Below are positions 58,072 through 64,000 of a stretch of DNA of 64,000 nt, in pieces. Each line of letters opens with the position of its first letter. Positions within the stretch are counted from its first letter, which is position 1. Where the stretch lies: NCBI GenBank assembly GCA_000165345.1, contig CM000435.1, positions 640,001 to 704,000 of the forward strand. Reading direction: 5' to 3'. The notes under the pieces were generated by a model. It was not told the origin of the DNA. It did no database searches and saw only the letters and a list, made by a program, of their open reading frames with translations. Both the position numbers and the translations under genes were made by a program.

Positions 58072-59112
58072 CTAGTGAATGCCCTCTATAAAGCTACATA
58101 AATGGCATTTATCACCATCTATACAAGCATAATCAATCAATATATCATAATTCGAATAACTGCTTTGATAGCAGCAATCAGGTTCAGTTATTATTGGAAT
58201 TACTAAAGGTGTTTCCCAGCCAAAATAAACATTCAAGTCTTTGAATAAATATCTTTCAACTTCTTGGCGGTAAGAGTTGTTCTCAGAGCGAGAAATCGCA
58301 TTTATTTCAGTATTTTTATCATCAACACCGAGATCTTCAATCGCAACTACCTGCTGTGTAGTTCTCTTCTCTTCTCTATTATGATATTTACTGTTCAAGA
58401 TATCCAGTATCTCTTTATTCAGATAAGGCTTACTTTCCCTGCAATTGTTATTCTCTCCGCTATTGTTTCTTTTATAAGGTTGAAGCTTAGTTTTTTTTTT
58501 GCCTTCAACCGCATTTTCTATTCTTTTTTTAATCGGTATCCCTTGCTCCTGTGAGATGTTCTCTTTACGTGAAGTATCAGAGCAATTATAATCGGTATTT
58601 TGATTGTAATCCTGGATATTTGAACGATTATATGTCGAACTTTGAGTATCGCTGGAATGATTGCTTTTATATTTAGAACTTAAAATTGTGCTCGAATCGC
58701 TAAACAAGCTGGTTGATGAATTATCTGAAAATGTTTCATTCAATGAAGGGCTAGAATTGGAATTGATAGCTGTTTTATTCTCAATCTTCGTTGTAGATTT
58801 GCTAAGTTTGTACTCGAACTTTGATCCTTGTCTTTCTTGACTATTACAATTATTTGAGTCATGGCTCATGTTGTCCGGCGAAGAACTCATGCAATTAGAA
58901 GAAATATGTTCGTTACTTGAATTTACAATTGAATCCAAGTAAGTATTTTCGAAAGAAACATTTATCCCTTTAATTTTCTCATTTTCACATTTCTTTGAGC
59001 CGGCTTTCTTTCGACTAAAAATCCTATGTTTGGCATTGTTCATTGAGAATACTTTGTATTTGCCTTTAAGATTAGAAAAAAAAGAATTGTGTTTCTTGTC
59101 CATATTCATCAT
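58072..59112 (-). CDS. hypothetical S/N-rich protein, 346 aa
   Basis: ATG ORF with a low-complexity Ser/Asn-rich centre and a Cys-containing C-terminus (CCYQSSYSNYDILIDYACIDGDKCHLCSF). No family assigned. Convergent with PCYT2; 19 bp between stops. Confidence 0.45.
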   Translation of the reverse strand: MMNMDKKHNSFFSNLKGKYKVFSMNNAKHRIFSRKKAGSKKCENEKIKGINVSFENTYLDSIVNSSNEHISSNCMSSSPDNMSHDSNNCNSQERQGSKFEYKLSKSTTKIENKTAINSNSSPSLNETFSDNSSTSLFSDSSTILSSKYKSNHSSDTQSSTYNRSNIQDYNQNTDYNCSDTSRKENISQEQGIPIKKRIENAVEGKKKTKLQPYKRNNSGENNNCRESKPYLNKEILDILNSKYHNREEKRTTQQVVAIEDLGVDDKNTEINAISRSENNSYRQEVERYLFKDLNVYFGWETPLVIPIITEPDCCYQSSYSNYDILIDYACIDGDKCHLCSFIEGIH

Positions 59113-59217
59113 TAATCTTGGGACTAGAGCTCAATATCATCAACAAAATAATATGGGTTTAACCCCATGAAAAGTTAAGGCAATCAAGCTGTTAAACTTT
59201 ATTTTTTAAATTATATT

Positions 59218-59718
59218 TTACCTTTTCTTTTCCATTGAACTTCCACGCAGAATATTGTTCAGAAAATTTACTTGTTCGCACAAATGTTTATTTGGAGAGG
59301 AGTTAATAGGTGCATATAATAAAGAATCGCCAACCTGTGAAACGCACATATCATTACAAATCTCCAAATTCGGGGGAAGGCTTGACTTTAATGAAATTAT
59401 ACAATTGTTACCTATTTTTACGTTCTTATTTACTCTGGATCCCACTTCAAAACTATTATTATCGCCTATAGATAAGGCACTGTCAACTTCACATCTTACA
59501 TGGAACCAGTTGTTATTACCAATTGGCATTTTGTTAATAGTCTTGTTAACAATTTTAACAGATTCTTCTATTATATTATTCTTTCCTATTATAATTCCGC
59601 CAACTCCACCATCGATTAACGCAGAAGGGTGGACTATACATCCTTCATCTAACTCAACGTTTCCAGAAATATTCGATTCCTGACAAATAAGTGAAGCTAG
59701 ATTCTTATTTTCTTGCAT
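59218..59718 (-). CDS. DCTN6: dynactin subunit 6 (p27), left-handed beta-helix hexapeptide-repeat protein
   Basis: 166 aa with hexapeptide repeats. IIIGKNNIIEESVKIVN...PIGNNNWFHVRCEVDSALSIGDNNSFEVGSRVNKNVKIGNNCIISLKSSL...VNFLNNIL aligns with DCTN6 IVIGEGNLIEEQALIIN...[49 protein letters not shown]...LDFLMKIL. Confidence 0.65.
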   Translation of the reverse strand: MQENKNLASLICQESNISGNVELDEGCIVHPSALIDGGVGGIIIGKNNIIEESVKIVNKTINKMPIGNNNWFHVRCEVDSALSIGDNNSFEVGSRVNKNVKIGNNCIISLKSSLPPNLEICNDMCVSQVGDSLLYAPINSSPNKHLCEQVNFLNNILRGSSMEKKR

Positions 59719-60263
59719 GAATCAACTATAATTTAGGAAAATTATATCTTCTCAAAACTGCATATTTACCTGAGTTGAAAAAGCAATGCTTGGTATATCC
59801 GCTATTGGAAACGAATTCGCTACCGAGATCAAAGGCGCGCGATTTGTGGGGTATATTTATTTATTCTGTATTTTGTAGTGAAAGAATTGCAAATACTCCC
59901 TGATCAATTTAACTGAACAACTGTATTCGTTGATTATCTTTAGTTTTGATATTCTAATTTGAGCTTTTATTTTTGAAAACTTATTCGATTTTTTATTAGA
60001 TCTCGATGTGGAATATTTAAGCCTATTCTAAACGTGATTAATGTCTCGCGCAATGAAAAGTGACTGAAAAAGGAGTAAGCGATAAATTATTAAATTGAAG
60101 GGCAATTTATGACAGGTTAACTTCATTTATATTGCTTATATTAACTATTGTATTAATCTTGGAGAATAGTTTGTAAATATGTAATGTTATTTAGGGAATT
60201 ACATCAAATATTAACTTCATATGAAGAGGCTCATGTTCTTTATTTTTGAACGATCACGTATCT

Positions 60264-61595
60264 ATGGAAGAATTAATTAATGATATTGAAAACATTTCAA
60301 TAAATAGTAATAATGTTGATGAATCGAATACTAAGGATCCCGAAAAAAATGATAATTTTTTTGATTATGAAATTTTATTACCAACTAGGAACCAATTAGA
60401 AGATGATTCTATTCTTTCATTAACGCCAGTTAAGGACAATGATAAGGAACTATTTAAAAATTGTATTCTTTGTAGAGATTATTCAAGCCCAATTTGTAAA
60501 GAATGTTCAAAACATAATTCAAAAACTTCAAGGAAAAGCAAACTCAAAAAAAATAAAATTATCCCAGATGGTAAAGTTAAAGCACTCGCAATGCAATTTG
60601 AAAATATTCTGCCAGAAGTAACAAATAGTAGTCCGAGCTTTTCTATTGTAAATGATAATTTCATGTTAGAGAAGAGCGAGCCTGCGCATTTTCAAGCTGA
60701 TATTTCAATAAATTCAATAATTGAGCATACAAATGTAGATAATAGAGATTATTTGAACACTAGTTTACTTGGGGACCAAACTAATATTCTTAGTATAGAT
60801 TCCGAAAACGACAATGCAAAGTCTAAAATGGCAAAAAATCAATTGACTCCAATTATAGACCCAAATTTGTGCGAAAAAATTGACCCAATAAAAGCAATTA
60901 TTACATCTTCAAACAGTTATATCAATATCGTTGGAAATACAGAAATTGGAAATTGTGCATCTGCTGATACCAAAGTTAGATCAATTGCGACAGAAATTAA
61001 CCATTTATTTGAATGTGGTTTTCCAGAAAACGATTTAATATTTGATCAATTTGAATCATTGAATCCACTAGAGCAGAGGGCTCTACTGCTGAAATGGATT
61101 ACCGAAATTCTGAAAACATCGGAAGCAAGCTCCAAATTATCAAATAATGAATTCAAAGAGATAATAAAAATTTTAAAAAGTATTGTGGATGAGTTAGAAC
61201 GCAATGAAACGTATAAAATATCCAAAAGTTCCCCAAATAACAACTCAACAGAGTATCAGTCAATTCTCAGCCATGTTTTTGATGAAAAGGATGAAAGATT
61301 AATCATTAAAAGAAATGGCATACAAATCCCTAATACTAAGAACTCAATAAAACTGGTGAATTCCAAGTTACAAATAAATATTAGTATTCCTGAAGACGAA
61401 GAGATAGAAGAGGAACGCATCAATGAACTAATATTAAATAAGTATATTTACTCAAGTAGCAACTTCGAATCAAATTCAATAATTATTGACGAAAATAGCC
61501 TGAGCCCAAAATCTGAAATAGTTTTAGATGATGAGGAAATAGTTGGAAACTCAATCAAAGAAATTGGGAATAACTTTTTTGGGTTTTTCAAATAA
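60264..61595 (+). CDS. hypothetical acidic protein, about 443 aa
   Basis: First ATG of ORF 60246..61595 (the track start is TTG). No assignable domain. Divergent from the DCTN6 gene across a ~545-bp spacer. Confidence 0.45.
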   Translation: MEELINDIENISINSNNVDESNTKDPEKNDNFFDYEILLPTRNQLEDDSILSLTPVKDNDKELFKNCILCRDYSSPICKECSKHNSKTSRKSKLKKNKIIPDGKVKALAMQFENILPEVTNSSPSFSIVNDNFMLEKSEPAHFQADISINSIIEHTNVDNRDYLNTSLLGDQTNILSIDSENDNAKSKMAKNQLTPIIDPNLCEKIDPIKAIITSSNSYINIVGNTEIGNCASADTKVRSIATEINHLFECGFPENDLIFDQFESLNPLEQRALLLKWITEILKTSEASSKLSNNEFKEIIKILKSIVDELERNETYKISKSSPNNNSTEYQSILSHVFDEKDERLIIKRNGIQIPNTKNSIKLVNSKLQINISIPEDEEIEEERINELILNKYIYSSSNFESNSIIIDENSLSPKSEIVLDDEEIVGNSIKEIGNNFFGFFK

Positions 61596-62425
61596 TATGG
61601 TAATAAATGTTGTATTTAATCAATTTTCTTTCTTGGAATAACTTCGTAAATCCAACTCAATTTTTTAAGTATTCTTTAGACAAAGTTGTTGCCTTATATT
61701 CAAACACTTGTTTAAAGTTAACTTAATATTTTCTCGTAATTATTTTTTCATCTATTCTCATCAAACTGCATTGACAATTTAAACATTTTTTGAACCTCTG
61801 GTTTATTATTTGAATTTTTTTTCTCTAGCAATGTTGAATGAACAATAATATTAAGTTTAATCTTATATTTTAATATTAAGCAAATTGCATATCTTTTCGA
61901 ATGAAAAGTGCGAAAAAATAAATAAGCTGGGAATATTTTGTGTAAATAATATCTAGGAATAATAATTATAAATTTATAAGTCTATCGGCTTTATTACAAC
62001 TATATTGAATCCATTAAAACTGATTATTTGGATAACTGAAATATTAGTTAAAAAAACATGTATTATCATTCCTAAATATTAATAAATTTTCATTTAAAAA
62101 GCTTGCTCATGTTAAATTGAACTAAATCCAAAATTGTTGATATTTAACCAAAGTTGAAGAAATATTATTGTTTGGGGCAACAAATTCTAGATATTGAAAA
62201 GAAGCTACAAAAAGAATGGAAATAATTAAAATGGTTGATCAATTCAAACGACACTATTTAATAAATTGTAGAAAAATTCAAGAGGTCAATCTAAATAAAT
62301 ATTTTACGTAAACCATTAAATTTAATTGGCATTAAATCAATAATTTTCAAAACAATGCCAATTCTATTAAGAAAAAAATATTTATTTTCTTTTCAATGAT
62401 TAATTTAAGAATAATTTGATTAACG

Positions 62426-63572
62426 TCAATAGCTCGTTTTAATTTCAATATTTTCAATTGACTTTAAAATGCTATCTAAACCTTTTATTAACCCTATAAA
62501 TAATTAATGAAAAATAATATAAAATAAATAACATACCTTCATTCATCAAAAAATCTTCTTCGTTCTTTCTGTTTTGTTTCAATGCATGCGTGAAATCCAA
62601 CCATCTAATGTCGCATTTTTCAACGTTTAACCTGAATTTATAATTAGACAATCAAATATTCCTCGACTTACAACATAGAACTAGTTTTTTTTGTAATATA
62701 TTTTCTTACCTATCGAAAGCTAATACAATTGAGGTTGCAATAAATCTATAACTTTTTTGCCTTTCCAACCAGAATTTCAGCAGCTCAACTTTTTTTCTTG
62801 TTAATCTAATCAAGTTCGGCGAAAGTTTTAGAAATTCAGACAAAAGTTTCATTGTTTCATTAGAAGTTAATTCTTTACCTCTTTGTCTCGAAATTGTAAT
62901 TTTATCACTAATTAGTCCTTGTATTCTAATTCCAATTTCATATTGGCATGAGTTGTTAATTATCATATACTGTTTAATAGATTTACGTAAAGACTTTAAT
63001 TTATAAAGCATGCCATTCATGAATTCAGTTTTTTCCGGGATACGTTCAATCTTACAAAAAATATCGTTGAACTCTTGTACTAGATCTTCATCTGGGAATG
63101 TTTTAGTAAAAACTTCTCTTAAGTTATAAATAGAATCATTCTTAGATTCTCCTATCCAAGATGTTCCCAATTTCAAATCAATAATGTTAATATTCGAATA
63201 TCCGCTCAAAAAATTTTTCATTTCGATTGCAGATTCAATTTTGAAGTGTTGTAAATTGTGCATTTTTTTATTTAATATTGAATTAATAAAAGATTTCCTT
63301 AAATATATTTTTTTTGATTTCTTTCCAACTTCAATAATAAGCACAAATCTGATAAACTTAGGAATAATATCATGACGTTTGAGGAGATGTTGTTTGTTAA
63401 TGGAACTATAAAAATCCAACTCATTGCAATTATCATTCTTTAATATCTTATAAATATACTTGTTATCTTTAGTAGTTAATAATAGAGTTGATCCCATAAA
63501 TCTTTCATTCTTTTCAGTGGAAAGAACCTGAAAAGGAAAGAGCTCAAAACTATTTATGCTTGAACAAAACAT
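62426..63572 (-). CDS. inositol polyphosphate kinase (IPK family, IPMK/IP6K-like), 3 exons: complement(join(62426..62493,62537..62631,62710..63572))
   Basis: The main exon carries the IPK motifs NIIDLKLGTSW (PxxxDxKxG) and IATSIVLAFD (SSLLF-type). The unspliced ORF stops right after it (..FDR*), before the essential IDF catalytic triad. A GTAAGA...TTCAG intron (78 nt) then an exon encoding LNVEKCDIRWLDFTHALKQ...DFLMNEG (compare IPMK VRMIDFAHVF...DEGY), a GTATGT...TATAG intron (43 nt), and a last exon GLIKGLDSILKSIENIEIKTSY* (compare YGLKHLISVLRSIL) restore the conserved C-terminus. Confidence 0.7.
62494..62536 (-). other. intron, IPK intron 2, 43 nt, GTATGT...TAG, phase 1 (minus strand)
   Basis: Minus-strand GAAG|GTATGTTATTTATTTTATATTATTTTTCATTAATTATTTATAG|GGTTAATA. 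Restores G+GG = Gly and continues LIKGLDSILKSIEN. Confidence 0.6.
62632..62709 (-). other. intron, IPK intron 1, 78 nt, GTAAGA...CAG, phase 2 (minus strand)
   Basis: Minus-strand GATAG|GTAAGAAAATATATTAC...TTATAAATTCAG|GTTAAACG. Joins ...AFD-R to LNVEKCDIRWLDFTHA. Confidence 0.65.
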
Positions 63573-64000
63573 AAGTTATTGAATTTATTTGTGCAGATTG
63601 AATATACTAATATATTATATTTCTAATCGACAGCAACTAAAACTTTTTATGCGTATTTTAATTCTTACATTCGATGCTCGAAATTATGTGACATCTTTTT
63701 TAAAATATTTTTTTAATTTATATAGTTGTGACCAACATTAATGAAGTTTATAAATTTACATTTAGATTATTTTGAACTTCATTTTGTGAATAAAATGTAA
63801 TTAGTACAGACAAATATTATTCTCACTATTCTTTAATCAAATCGAAATAACCAACCTACACAACTAAATCCAATACGAAAATAAATTTTGATAATCTTTG
63901 ATGGCACTGCGCTAATTATGTTCTCAAAATATTAATAGTCAAAATTAAAATTTTCAATCAATTATTGCAACCTATGATGATTTCCTTTGCAATTAAATAT

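Overview
This window is eukaryotic nuclear DNA, not prokaryotic. It is AT-rich (roughly 70% A+T by eye) and very gene-dense: about 29 protein-coding genes on both strands, with intergenic spacers mostly 8-800 bp. It uses the standard genetic code. Spliceosomal introns are sparse but real: eight were reconstructed by hand (43-78 nt, GTAAGT/GTGAGT/GTATGT donors, YAG acceptors), and other exons are multi-kb and intron-free.

Recognisable conserved genes include a TAF2-like protein with a C-terminal bromodomain (5' partial), a peroxisomal-type ABCD half-transporter, SEH1, separase, a CCR4-NOT NOT3/5 subunit, a class-I ubiquitin E2, KIN17, UBC9, a papain-family cysteine protease, an SLBP-like RNA-binding protein, RPN8, the mRNA cap guanine-N7 methyltransferase, MCM5, coatomer delta, ethanolamine-phosphate cytidylyltransferase, dynactin p27 and an inositol-polyphosphate kinase. 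No rRNA, tRNA, CRISPR array or mobile element is supportable.

The supplied ORF track used TTG/GTG as start codons, so several ORF starts are artefacts; coordinates here are reset to the first in-frame ATG where that is defensible. Two genes (UBC9 and the E2) are missing from the ORF track because they are split by introns. Two more (SEH1, the IPK) are truncated in the track for the same reason.

There is no sign of a prokaryote-style defence or operon system. The most unusual items are: a tryptophan-rich acidic tandem-repeat protein; a gene built from about 20 near-identical 81-bp tandem repeats; a TAF2-bromodomain fusion; an SLBP-like RNA-binding domain encoded upstream of any in-frame ATG; a cap methyltransferase with an unexplained ~330-aa N-terminal domain; a possible catalytically dead kinesin-like protein; and convergent gene pairs whose stop codons are only 8-26 bp apart. 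The organism cannot be named from sequence alone; the features fit a compact-genome, intron-poor protist or a highly reduced eukaryote.
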